DNA of 64,000 nt, from the NCBI RefSeq assembly GCF_004010195.1, contig NC_057731.1:18013088-18077087 (forward strand), in the 5' to 3' direction. Below are positions 26,100 to 39,129 of this stretch, piece after piece. The notes beneath the pieces are model-generated. The model did no database searches. It saw nothing but the letters and a program-made list of their open reading frames with translations, and had not been told where the DNA came from. The translations under genes and the position numbers were made by a program. The stretch is from Chiloscyllium plagiosum. Lineage: Eukaryota. The first letter of the stretch is position 1, and every line of letters starts with the position of its first letter.

Positions 26100-29000
26100 G
26101 TGATGTCTCTTTATAACAGCCTGACAAGAGCCAATAATAAAAAGCTTAAAGCAGTGGAGAATTTACAGCCATGTCTTAGCTGCAATACATTGGAGTAGAA
26201 TGGAGGGTTAGAATAGACTAACAGTAATAGTGAGGGTAGGCAACGGGGATTCGGAACCGTGTTGCAATGGAAGTGTGTCTGATGGGTGTTGTTTATCGCC
26301 AGTCATCTTGAATGTGTCTGCAGAAGCATTTGTGCGGAGAGGCGCGCCACGTGTACAAGGCCTGCCCAAGACGAGGGGCCACCACCTACGCACAGTTGGC
26401 CGGAGGTGGCAATGCGAGCCATGGACTGCAAAAGGCCAGCAAGGTACCACAAACCAGCAGGGGAACAGTGTCTGGGGGCACCCAGAAGGATGGATTGGAG
26501 CAGACGGCAGCCAAGGGGGGACGAGCAGCAGCCAATCCAAGCTCCCACAGGACAGACGGAGGAAATGGAGGAGGAGAAAACCGAGGAGGCAGAGGAGTGG
26601 ATTCCTGTAAAAACCAGGAAGAGGAAACCTCGCCAGGCCCCCAAAGCCACCCAGCAAAGGGGGAAACTACACCTGCATGAGATGGATACAGGCAGCTCTT
26701 CAGATGGTGAGGACGGGCATAAGGAGGGTCGTCACCAGAGGAAGAGACAGAGTGCAGCGGCGCCTCCTCGTCGCTGATGTCACGTTCAGAAACACTCCCC
26801 TGAGACTGATTAATGTGTACGCCCCAGTGGGTAAGAGTAAACGGTTGGCCGTCCTGCAGCAGCTTCCACTGTTGCTGGCTACGTTCAGGCCGGTCATTCT
26901 GGCCGGAGACTTCAACTGTATCATTGATGCAGATGGACGATCGGCGGGGTGGACAGTAAACTGGACACCACGTTCAGAGCAATGATGGAAATGGTAAAAG
27001 ATGCCAAGCTGTACGATGTCTTCATACAGACAGAGCACAGCGTAGATACACCTGGTCACGGGCAGACAGGTCTATCCGCTCAAGGAAAGATGACCTGTTT
27101 GTGTCCTAAACGTTCTCGGTCAGATCCACTGACATCAAGCCGGTGTTCTTCTCTGACCACTGACTCCTGCTGGCCGACTGTCACCAACAGGATGAGCAGC
27201 AGGCTGGTAAGGGAACGTGGAAGCTGAACACCAAGCTGTTGACCCCGGGAAACATTGAGGAGCTCAAGAGGGACTACGCAGGTTGGAGAACTGTGAAGCC
27301 CCTCTTTGAGTCCCCAGCTGACTGGTGGGAAACAGTAAAAGGGAACATCAAGAGGTTCTTCATCCTCAAAGGTGTTAGGAGGTGAGAGAGAGGCGGAGAA
27401 AACTGTCCCAGCTCCAGGAAAGTATGCAGAACTTGCTCCTGCTGCAGACAATGGGGGTTGATGTCACAGAGGACCTCCAGGAGGTGAAGGGCCAGCAAGC
27501 CTCGCTCTTTGCCTCAGAGGCCTCCAAGATAATCGTCTGGTCCAGGGTCCGCTCAGTGGAGCAGGACAAGACGTGCTCACGTTTCTTCTTCCAGAAGGTG
27601 CACTGCACAAAGAGAGCTCCGTGCTCAGCAGCCTGAAGGAAGAAGATGGCTCAGTAACATCATCTCAGGCTTACGTCATGAGGATCAGCAAATCCTTCTA
27701 TGCCAGTCTGTATGACTCGAAGCCAACCGACAGCGCGGCCTCCCAGTCATTCCTGTCCTCTATCACGGAGGTCTTAGACAACAGAACAAGGGAGAGGCTG
27801 GACCAGCCACTATCTCTGGACGAGCTGACCAAGCTGACAAGTCCTTCGAAAAGAATAAAACTCCCAGAAGCGATGGCTTACCGGTCAAGCTCTATTCTGC
27901 TCTGTGGGACTTGATTGGCCAGGACCTGCTGGAGGTATATGTCAGTATGCTTCGGGCAGGTACCATGACTGAATCCATGAGGAAAGGCATCATCACCCTC
28001 ATCTACAAGCGGAAGGGGTAGAGGCAGGAAATCAGAAATTGGAGACCAATCTCACTATTGAATGCGGATTCCAAAATCTTGGCAAAGGTAATCGCCAACT
28101 GGGTCAGGTCTGCTCTGGGGTCGGTGATTCACCCTGACCAAACCTGTGCTGTACCAGGCAGGAAGATCGCTGAGAGTCTCGCACTCCTCAGGGATACGAT
28201 CGCCTACGTGCAGGACAGGGGGCTGGACACCTGCCTCATCAGCCCACGACCAAGAGAAAGCCTTTGACAGGATATCACATACATATACGAGAGATGTTCT
28301 CTCCCAAATGGGCTTTGGGGAGGGAATCTGCAATTGGATCAGACTGCTCTACACCAGCATTGTCAGTGCAGTCTCAATCAATGGGTGGGAATCAGATAGC
28401 TTCCCAGTCAGATCTGGAGTCAGGCAGGGCTGCCCTCTCTCTCCTGCCTTGTTTGTGTGCTGCATAGAGCCATTTGCCGAGTCCATCAGGAAGGATGTAA
28501 GCCTGAGAGAGGTGACTATTCCTGGCAGCAGGGGCCTGCAAGTTAAGGCCTCCCTGTACATTGATGATGTCGCCGTTTTCTGCTCGGATTCGCTGTCCGT
28601 GCACAGACTAATGTGCATATGTGACCAGTTCGAACGGGCCTCGGGGGCCAAGGTAAACTGAGGCAAGAGCGAGGCCATGCTCTTCGGGAACTGGGCCGAC
28701 CAATCCTCGATCCCCTTCACCGTCAGGACCGACCACCTGAAGGTGCTGGGTATTTGATTCGGGGGGGCTGGGGCGTGCACCAAGTCTTGGGGGGAGCGTA
28801 TCAAGAAAGTGAGGCAAAAACTGGGCAGATGGAAGCTACGGTTGCTGTCCATCGCGGGAAAAAAACCTGGTCATCAGGTGTGAGGCATTGTCAGTGTTGT
28901 TATGTGTGGCACAGATCCGGCCTATTCCCAGAACCTGTGCCATCACAGTCACCTGGGCCATCTTCCATTTTATATGGAGATCAAAGATGGCCAGGGTCTG

Positions 29001-30900
29001 AAGGGATTCGATGTACAAAGATCTGGGCAATGGGGAAAAAACACACCAAATGCCACCCTCACCCTGATGGTCACCTTTGTGTGTGGCTGCTTCAAGCTGT
29101 GCGTGGATCCCCAGTACGCAAACACCAAGTGTCACTATGTACTGAGGTTCTACCTGTCCCCGGTGTTGTGAAGGATGGGCCTGGCCTCGCTGCCTCAGAA
29201 TGCTCCAAGTAGTTGGACCGTTCTCTATCACCTGTCCTTCGTGGAGAAGTTTATGAAGAAAAGCACCTTTGACCTCAAGTCCATCAGGAAGTGGTCAGCA
29301 CGTAGTGTCCTTGAGACTCTTCGAGAAAAGGAGAGGGCGGATTCTTGGCAGACTGTCAAAGTCATTTGGCAAAATGCCTCATCGCCGGAACTTTCCAACA
29401 AGCACCAAGACATGGCTTGGCTGGTGGTGAGAAGGGCTCTGCCTGTGAGATCCTTTATGCCGCACCGCACGCTGCCCTCGAAGCGGCTGTGGTGGGGATG
29501 AGACCGTCACATCCCTCCTTCTGGAATGTGCCAATGCAGAGGAAGTCTGGAGAGGAATGCAGTGGTGTTTGTTGAGGTTCATCCCGAGCAACTCCGTGAC
29601 GTGGGACTCTGTGCTCTACGGCCTGTTCTCTGGGACGCACACCGAGACGAATATCAACTGTGCCTGGAGGATCATCAACTTGGTGAAGGACGCTCTCTGG
29701 GCGGTCCGAAACCTGTTGATCTTCCAGCTGAAGGAGTTGACCCCGACTGAGTGTTGCAGACTGGCACATTCCAAGGTCCAGGACTACGTGTTGAGGGACG
29801 TACTTGAAACTTGGGGCAGCTGCTGCCAAGGCGCGGTGGGGAAAGACCACCTTGTAACATCTGCCTGCCAAAGTACAGGGGTCGCACGCAGTAAGTGGGC
29901 TCCACTGACGCCTCAACTAAATATATGGATATATGGATGGTAAATGTACAGACCTGTATATACGAATGATTACTCGATCTCTGTATGCAAAGAAATGGAA
30001 TGTTTACATATGTATGGCATGACCAATTGTACAGATCGTCAAAATATTTTATGAATAAAGTATATTTTTGAAATTTAAAAAAGTATCTGCAGAAGCACAA
30101 ATCAATTAAGTTTTTGAAAACCAGTGTTAAGATTGGGGGAGGGTAGCAAATGATAACTTCAATTAGATTTGCAAATGACAAAACACTTGAAGCAAGCACA
30201 GGGAGAGGATGACACGTATGAGTAGGTAGACCAGTAACAGTGGGCAGGGCCTTTGGAATATAAAGGAACCTTGGAAAAACCAAAATGATGCAAGTTTTAA
30301 ATCACCAAGAAATATTCATATGCCCATGGAGGGAAGAGAACTGGAACAGGTGCAAGAATTCAAGTATTTATGAAACAGTTTGTGCAGATGGAAGGTGCAA
30401 CAAAGAATTAAGATCAAAATAACAATGGGCAAAATGATATTTAATCAGAATATTGAAAAGGCAATTCAAAAAAAGCAATGTGTAGAGGGCTTGATTCAGA
30501 GTGTCATTTCTTGTGGTTCTGAGAATGGAGGAGGAGAGTACCTAATTAACTAATTTTGAAATGGGAGTTTGGAGGAGAAAGGAAAGGATTTGCTTCCATA
30601 AAAAGTAACAAATGTTGAAATGTTATGAACAGCAAATGAACTTGTTGAACACAATTAGATAGTTAGGAGAAAGAGGGAAACTGGGAAGGACACATTTTAA
30701 AGAAAACAAAGTTGTAAGAGACGTTATGGAGGAGCGATTTCAATGTGAAAGATGATGATGAAGGAAGACAATATTAATGCTAGCTGCTTGAACATTGAAG
30801 GAAATTATTGTCAAATATAAAGGAAGGTATGACATATAAAGCTGTGGAAAGACTGCATCTAGTCAAAGACCTCCCTTTGGGCAAAGCACACATGCTAATG
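26100..30900 (+). mobile_element. old RTE-like LINE remnant split by the Tx1 insertion (about 26100-26328 and 30083-30900)
   Basis: GCCLSPVILNVSAEA before the insertion continues after it as VKIGG...IRFAND...KTKMM...ELEQVQEFKYL, i.e. consecutive RT motifs. Confidence 0.65.
26329..30082 (+). mobile_element. Tx1-like (L1 clade) LINE, 5'-truncated, internally deleted and frameshifted
   Basis: ORF1 zinc-knuckle remnant CGEARHVYKACP; endonuclease LINVYAP...ILAGDFNCII; RT KILAKVIA, DQEKAFDRISH, GVRQGCPLSP, LYIDDV; AATAAA plus A tail; 15-bp TSD GT(G/A)TCTGCAGAAGCA at 26314-26328 and 30083-30097. Confidence 0.92.
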
Positions 30901-31248
30901 TTACATTTGGTAACAAGTCCTGTTGTGACAGATTGGCAACTGTTTCCCTGCAAAATTACAGCATCTTTGAGTGCTATATCTCAAAAGTATCCAAGACACA
31001 AACTCTCACCCTATAACCAATGTGGGTACATAAGTAAGATAAGTTGTGAACAGTTCCCTTTAGCTGCAGCCTTTTATGAGACCCACTTGTTTCAAGCCCC
31101 AGGTATTGAGACTACATCTTCATCCGTCCAAATGAATGAAGCCACAAAGGCGCACATATTAAATAATGAATGTTTAGGGTGGAAATGTAAGGATATGATC
31201 AGAAAGTAGCAAAGAAGCTCAAGACAGTCTTAGAAATGCATTAATCAC

Positions 31249-31526
31249 TGCTGTGGTTCTGTTCGCCGAGCTGGGAATTTGTGTTGCAGACGTTTCGTCC
31301 CCTGTCTAGGTGACATCCTCAGTGCTTGGGAGCCTCCTGTGAAGCGCTTCTGTGATGTTTCCTCCGGCATTTATAGGAAACATCATAGAAGCGCTTCACA
31401 GGAGGCTCCCAAGCACTGAGGATGTCACCTAGACAGGGGACGAAACGTCTGCGACACAAATTTCCAGCTTGGCGAACAGAACCACAACAACGAGCACCCG
31501 AGCTACAAATCTTCTCACAAACTTTG
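31249..31526. mobile_element. fold-back PLE insertion (family D) with two intact opposed hammerhead motifs
   Basis: Inverted arms of about 115 bp; TSD AATGCATTAATCAC at 31235-31248 and 31527-31540. Confidence 0.9.
31416..31449 (+). ncRNA. minimal hammerhead ribozyme motif (mirror copy at 31289-31322, minus)
   Basis: GCA-CTGAGGA-T-GTCACCT AGAC AGGGGAC-GAAACGTC-TGC: core, helix II with one mismatch, ACGT palindrome, GUC triplet, 3-bp helix I. Confidence 0.8.
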
Positions 31527-33050
31527 AATGCATTAATCACAATGGCTCACAGATCCAAATGGGCTTCAGATTAAAGTCACATCAAATTTGTGAAACTAAT
31601 TCCATTGCTTTTCACTGAGGAAATTTATTACTGACCAGTTCCATCATAAAAGTCAGAGTCAATGGGTTTCCCACAGGGATCGAGCATTAGGCCAATTTTA
31701 CACCATTTCACTTATCTTGTTCTTGCTGGTAGATTGGTTTCAAACTGTGACCATAGATTATGAAAACAAAGGAAGTTCATTTATAACCATTACGTTCCCC
31801 ACAGCCCCTGAGGATAATAGGGGTGCTTTCTTATTAGAGAGAGATGACTGGTGGTGGTTCAACCTGAGGGTCACCACACCTCAGGCAAGGTTGAGGAAGT
31901 GCATCTTCATGGTGACCTCAGCCAATACAGGAACTGAATCTGTGCTGATGGCATCGCTCTGCATCGCCGACCAGCTATCTTCAGATTAAATCTCAAAGCA
32001 TCACGTTATTTGTCCTTTTTAAGGATATACATTTTATGAATAGCATGTAGGTTTTTTTCTTTCCATTTTTCATTTTCTTTTGTGTTGTTCATGGTCATTC
32101 TGGCTGAGTACATTCCAGACCATTGTTGTTTGTGTACAAAAGTTAAAGAACATAAGAATTGTAGATTATCAAGTTTATAACACATAGGGAATTCAACTGA
32201 CCCATTATTCCTCTGTATGTGCTGGATCATCAACAGGATTTATCTATCATAGCAATTTGTAGCACCTCATTATAGAAAAACATCCTAAAGTGAAGTTCCA
32301 AAGAAGAGTAATTATTTCAAAATATTAATTTTACTTCTGTATCCACAGATGCTGTCAAACCTGCTGAGTTTCTCTAACATATCCTGTTTTTATTATCCAA
32401 AAGTATTTTGCAGGTTTTGAAAAATTAGGTTCTAATTATTATGCTCTAATTGTAACTCAGCATTCTTTCACCAAACTCGAAAGGTGTTAATCACTTGGAC
32501 AGCATTCATGGTTGTATTGAAAATTATTTTAGCTTTAATTTTAAGGAATTTTATGTTCTCCATGCAATTCACTCATGGGTTTTCATATTTGATTATAAAG
32601 TTACTACAAATAGATTCAGATTAAGTGAGGTGAAACAGTCTATTTTATTCGTATTGCATCTGACCTGCAGAAATCTCACCATTATACTATTTGCTCAAAC
32701 TGCATTGCTGTGAAAAACAATGTCTTTTTGCAGTCAGCTCAGAGTGTGACAGTCCTCTGGAGGCCTGGAAACCAATGATAAAGTGAAGGAGGCACAGGTT
32801 GACTGTTTGCATCATAACCTTGTCATAAGAACTAACATCTTGAAAGGATTTAGCATTAGCAATTAGGATGGCTTGATACTGTTGCTCTGGCCTTCGATAT
32901 GGAAGATGAGATTTGTCACGAGGGATGTTTTTACAAAACCATTTTTTCATTTCACTGTTTTGTCAAATAACATCATGTGAGCTGTCACAAGTATGGAGGA
33001 AAAAAATGAGTTTCACTGGCTTGACAACTGCTGTAAAAATGTTGAACTGA

Positions 33051-33500
<450 letters not shown>

Positions 33501-33909
33501 TAATATAAAGATTGTGATAAAAGCCTGGAGACAGTAGAATAGATATCTTTTTTTTTGGAAATTGTCATTAACCAATAGATCTCAAGTACTCTCACATCAC
33601 AGTCAATAAATACATTAATGGCTCATAAAAAGTATCTTCTCCCGATGGTGCTTCCATCTTTCTAGCTCATCCAGTTCCAACACCAGAGTAAATTACATTT
33701 TCAGATTGCCAGTCAGATTGACAGGAGTAGCAATCCCAGATAAATTGGTAATTTTTGACAGCTGGCCATGAATTGAAACAACTGTAAAAAATCCACTTAA
33801 GACAGATAGCAACATCAAATAATTTGATGAGAATAATTTGTAATGCAGCCAGCCTTGTCGATTGAACTCCTGAGCTCCACCGCCAGATATGGATCAGTTG
33901 GTAAATATT

Positions 33910-34480
33910 CGAATATAAGAACCAGGAGTAGGAGTAGGCCAAATACCTGTCAAGCCTGCCCTATCTCTCAATGTGATCATGACAATCTTAAGCATCAACT
34001 TCACTTGACCCCTCTTTTCCCTATATCTCTTGGTCCCCAATCAAATCCCAACCAAGAATCTGTCCATCTAAGTCCTAAATAGCCAGAGGCAGTGGCAGAA
34101 GCAGATAAGATAGCAATGCTTAAGAAGAATTTAGACAGACACATGAACAGGCAGGGAGTAGAGGGATATGGACCATGTGCAGACAGGTTTAGAATGGCAT
34201 CATTGTCAGTACAGACATGGTATAACGAAAGGCCTGTTCTAATGCTGTACTGTTCTGTGTTCTATGATGGTGCATCCACAATGCTCGAATTCGCAAAGTT
34301 CGTAACCCTTTGAGTGAAGTAATTCCTCTTCATTGCAGCCATAAATTATCAGCCCTGGAAATCTTGCCCCATTGTTCTGGCTGACCTCTGGCTGAGGAAA
34401 GAATCCTTCAGATGAGAAGCCCCTTCATACTTTTGAATGTTTCACTGCTCCCAAGTGCTAGATTACATCTTGTAAGGCAA
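33910..34480. mobile_element. nested CR1 3' ends (plus copy at about 34085-34265 inside a minus copy)
   Basis: EADKIAMLKKNLDRHMNRQGVEGYGP and a TGTTCTATG tail. Confidence 0.65.
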
Positions 34481-35332
34481 TGCCACTTCCCATTTAGACT
34501 CAACAGTGTTCATTCTCTACCATGATTAACCAAATAAGTCCTTAGACCCAAAGCACTGTAGTGGTAGTGTGCCTGTCTGCAGACCAAGTGTCCTGGGTTC
34601 TGGTCCCAGCTGCTCCAGAGGTGTGTAATAACATCTATGAACAGGTTGATTTAAAAAATACCTACTTGTGAGTTTTCATTGAGAAAAGAGGATTGTTGGC
34701 AGTCATGATCCCAAACATTGCTGAAAGCTCTTGGTTCCCCAGTGCATACAACATTACAAACCACATGTAGGCCATTATGAGCAGATGTCAAGCAGACAAC
34801 AAGCATTTGCTCGCAGAGGTAACTTGCTCACATTGATATTCACACTGTTTTAAGTGTAGACGCAGGTTTATATGCCACTATCAATACCAAGAAAACTCCA
34901 TGTGTCAGGTGTCATTAAACACCATCAGAGCTGTTGGCAGAGTATAGGCATGGTTCTCAGCCTATTACAGGCCTTGAGTCAGGCTTGCTGGGCTGTCAGA
35001 AGCTGGTGGTGCATCAGAGGCTTGCAGATCCTGGGTGTTAAGGCCGACTGCTTTGGGGATCTGGTGACAAGAAGGTAAGTCATCTTTATAAACTTCTGCA
35101 GAGTGGGGGTTTTGGAGACAACATATATGGGATAGGTTTCAGAGGCCACCTCCACTCCCCCATCCAAGTCTCCAATTGCTCCCAGATTAGAGCAATTGGA
35201 GGCCATCCATATCCCTGCAGGAGGGTTGCTCTGGGAAATTAGCTAACTTTCTCATTCACCAGGATGACATGCCATCAGGCAGTTGGCGAGTTAAAACCAT
35301 TAATTGACAACTTAAGAGCCTTTAATTTTCAA

Positions 35333-36408
35333 CCTCTTGTGGCCTCCTTCTTCAAGGACCACAACATCCTCTCCCATGTGGTCAATAATGCTCTCCAACA
35401 TATCTCCACCACTTCCCACACCTCTATCCTTGAACCCCACCCCTCCAACTGCAACAAGGATAGAATCCTCCTGGTCCTCACCTTCCACCCTACCAATCTC
35501 TGGATACACATCATTCTACACCATTTCCACCTTCTACAGTCAGAACCCACCACCAGAGATATATTTCCCACATCTATCAGCATTCTGCAGAGACCATTCC
35601 CTCCGCAACTCCCTTGTTAGGTCCATGCCCCTCACCGACCCAGTGTCTACTCCCGGTACCTTGCCTTGCTACTGCAAGAGGTGTAAAACCTGTGCCCACA
35701 CCTCCCCCTCTCATCTCCTTCCAAGGCCTCAAAGGATCCTTCCACCACTGGCAGAGATTTTCTTGCACCTCCAAACACCTCATCTACTGTGTTTCTTGTT
35801 TTTGATGTGGTCTCACCTACAATGGAGAGACAGGACACCAACTCATGGAATGTTTCAAAGAACATCTCCAGGACACATGCACCAAACAACCTCACCGCCC
35901 TGTGACCAACCACTTCAGCTCCCCCTCCCACTCTGCCAAGGACATGCAAGTCCTGAGCCTCCTCCACTGCCAAGTACTAGCCATCCTACGCCTGGATGAA
36001 GAACACCTCATCTTCCACCTTGGGACCCTCCAACCACACAGCATCAACATTGATTTCACTAGTTTCCTAATTTCCCCTACCCCCTACCTCATCGGACAGC
36101 CAATCCTCCAACTCGGCACCTGCCCTCTTCAACTGTTCTACCTGTCCATCTTTCTTCTCACCTATCCGCTTCACCCTCCACTCCAACCTGCATCTGCTTA
36201 TTGCCTTCCAAACTACCTACCCCCAACCTCACACTCCTCCCATTTATCTCGCAGCCCCCTTCCACCACTGCTCCCCCCAATTCCTGATGAAGGGCTTATG
36301 GCCGAAACATCGACACTCCTGCTCCTCGGATGCTGCCTGACCTCTGTGTTCTTCGAGTGCTACACTTTTCGACTCTGATATCCAATATCTGCAGTGCTCA
36401 TTTTCTAA
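35333..36408 (+). mobile_element. Penelope-like retroelement 3' portion: disrupted RT thumb/linker, GIY-YIG endonuclease and family A pLTR
   Basis: Frameshifted LVLTFHPTN...SLRNSLVRS...PCYCKRCKTC...FSCTSKHLIYCVSC..CGLTYNGET...FKEH...PVTNHF...LGTLQPHSINIDF; followed by hammerhead CTGATGA...GAAACATC at 36284-36311. Confidence 0.9.
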
Positions 36409-36803
36409 CATTCTTAGCAGATGCACGTGCAGGATGTGGTGAATTCTATGTTCTATGTTGTTTTTATTTCTATTTTCCTTGCCAATGTTTTCTTATTCAA
36501 TCCTTAATTCACACTTTGATCTCTCCCCACACCACCCTTGCAGCCTTTGACTCGATGTTTGCAGGCTTCTTAAAATCTCCGTTCTGTTCTTCCCTTTGTT
36601 CCCTCTTTGTTTGTCTTTGTCATCTGTCTCATTTTGTGTCGGAGAATTGAGCCCAATGGATCAGAGACCACCAACAAGGATTGTAGTGAAATTGACAAGC
36701 AGTTTATTACACAAAGCGATATCGCAGAAGAGAAATTAACCAGGCTGACACAAAACTGATTCTCTGCACAGATGGCCAAATCCTCTTCCCAGAACAGAAA
36801 GTG

Positions 36804-37113
36804 TAGATTAGATTAGATTACTTACAGTGTGGAAACAGGCCCTTCGGCCCAACAAGTCCACACCGACCCGCCGAAGCGTAACCCACCCATTCCTCTACAT
36901 TTACCCCTTTACCTAACACTACGGGCAATTTAGCATGGCCAATTCACCTGACCTGCACATCTTTGGACTGTGGGAGGAAACCGGAGCACCCGGAGGAAAC
37001 CCACACAGACACAGGGAGAATGTGCAAACTCCACACAGTCAGTCGCCTGAGTCGGGAATTGAACCCGGGTCTCTGGCACTGTGAGGCAGCAGTGCTAACC
37101 ACTGTGCCACCGT
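36804..37113 (-). mobile_element. HE1-like SINE, near full length, young
   Basis: A box, B box GGGTTCAATTCC, (TCTAA)n tail, CpGs retained. Confidence 0.9.
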
Positions 37114-37575
37114 AGGCATATTTTATAGGGGTACAACACAAAGGTGATGATTGTAAAGCTGTTACAATACAATGGTGAAAATTGTGAAGAGATTAAAACA
37201 AGAATAAACTGAATGGAAGTTAACCAAGCGACCGACAGTAGCAATTCATCTGTAATTAACACAGGAGATTCCAGCTATCTCTGTGAGTGGGTGAGAATGT
37301 CTTATAGAGGATTTTTAATTGTATTTCCCGTCTGCGCAAATATGTGTAAATGTTCCTTCTCCAGGCATCCAGGTGTGCCCATTGTGTTCCTCCTGTCTTC
37401 TGGGGGCCTCGGTCTGCCTCTGCTAATGCGGTATCGGTTTCAATGGGAAAGGAGCCTGCCCTTAGGGTGTTGGGACTGCAATGCTATTCGGGGCTGGGAG
37501 CTGATTGTGAATGCTGTTCTAGGAAGTGTATTCTCTGGTCTGGGAGTGCTTTGGCCATGTCTGGTTTTATGTTAG

Positions 37576-37696
37576 AGAGAAAGTGAGGGCTGCAGATCAG
37601 AGCTGAAAATGTGTTGCTGGAAAAGCGCAGCAGGTCAGCAGCATCCAAGGAACAAGAGAATCGACGTTTCGGGCATAAGCCCTTCTTCAGGAATTA
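37576..37696 (-). mobile_element. solo family A pLTR insertion with intact hammerhead at 37663-37690
   Basis: Minus strand reads AATTC-CTGAAGA-A-GGGC TTAT GCCC-GAAACGTC; TSD TGGTTTTATGTTAG at 37562-37575 and 37697-37710. Confidence 0.88.
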
Positions 37697-39129
37697 TGGT
37701 TTTATGTTAGCCTGTTTAGCCAAGACTAGACCACTCTGGGTAGTTTGTGTATATGTTGGCAGGCTTGATTTCTGTGTTTTGCAGGCCAGCTTCTGTGTTT
37801 TTATGTGGCCATGCTATGGGTCTTCAGGGTGGCACAGCTTTTCCCCAGATTTTGTTTCACAGACTTATTTCTTTTTGCCATCTATTCAGTCTCCCTTCAG
37901 AAATGTCTCGATTGACTTTACATTGTGATGCTGCTTATTGTTTTCTTTCCCATATTGTCGCAGTCTTGACAAATGTTTTTACTTGGTCTCTTTGCTTTCT
38001 TACTTTTTTTTTCCTCCTTCCTTCACTTCATTTTCACTTCTGTTGATTCATCCACACAAGTTGTTTCTAAGTGTCTGATAAACATCACTGGTTACAGATC
38101 ATTCTCCACTGCAACCTGAGAATCGCTGGGGCTCTTAAGGAAGCTCTCCGAGATGATTTACATTAGATCTTCACGAACAGCTGAACTTTACCGTACAGAT
38201 ACTTCAGAAATTGACAAATTAAATCTTTATTTTGAAGCACAAAAAGACTTCAGAAGATAGTTCAATGCATTTGGAGATTGCTGCAAACATTGGGATATTT
38301 GCCAGGTGTGCAGATTGTCCAGTCAGCTCACCTTGACATCCTATTTTTGGCTCACTTTTATTTTGCAAAGACAACAAAGGAGAAAGTATCTGTAAGATGA
38401 CACAACAGATGGTCAAGAAATGAAGTACTAGCATATTTAGTTCCTTGATTGCTTTGGGACTTGTAGAACCTTCAGTGATGACATGGTATACACTTCTCCA
38501 CTCCACATTTCAGTCTTGTTCTAGCGGTAATCCATGAAAGGTAAATTATTAGCTCTTAACATGAGTTTATTTATTTTTAGGAGCTCGGATATTGAACGTT
38601 TGCTGTCCTGTTATATTAATGGCCGACATTTGTTGATTTAGATTGAACAATAGAAGGAAGAGCTGAGGAAAAAAAAAGGCAAATTGATCACAGTGGCATC
38701 ACAATCCTTGGTTTCTACTCTAACTTATCAGATTGAAATGTTGAGCATGAAAAGACAGAATGTTTCAGCTAGTAAATAAAAATAACATTTATTTAAGAGG
38801 TAATCCATCTCTTTGCTGATACATAATGATTGTTAGTCTGTCTTGCTAGGCTGGATGCCCATGAGCATATTAAAGCAATTAACTAGGTTTCAGTTTTAAT
38901 CAGCTCCCCATTTTCCCTTTTTTTTGCTTAGAACACACCAAAAGCTCATTACACCACTTTAAAATGCTTACTGTCACATAATACTAATATAAACTAGCCC
39001 CATGTTCACGGTTACTTTGAAATCATGTTCTTTGCCAATTTAGGCAAAAACATCATTATCAGCTTCAGGGCACCCATGTCACACAATGGGGAGAACATTA
39101 TCAGCTTCAGGGAAACCCATTTCACACAA

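Noticed and set aside
18551-31526. Interpreting the palindromes as MITEs or miRNA precursors
   Set aside because: TSDs are long and variable, arms are asymmetric, and family A is physically linked to a PLE ORF at 35333-36408.
34690-35300. Possible ancient Harbinger-type transposon debris (similar impressions at 50320, 55015 and 58500-59200)
   Set aside because: No paired TIRs, TSD or convincing transposase peptide could be established by eye.
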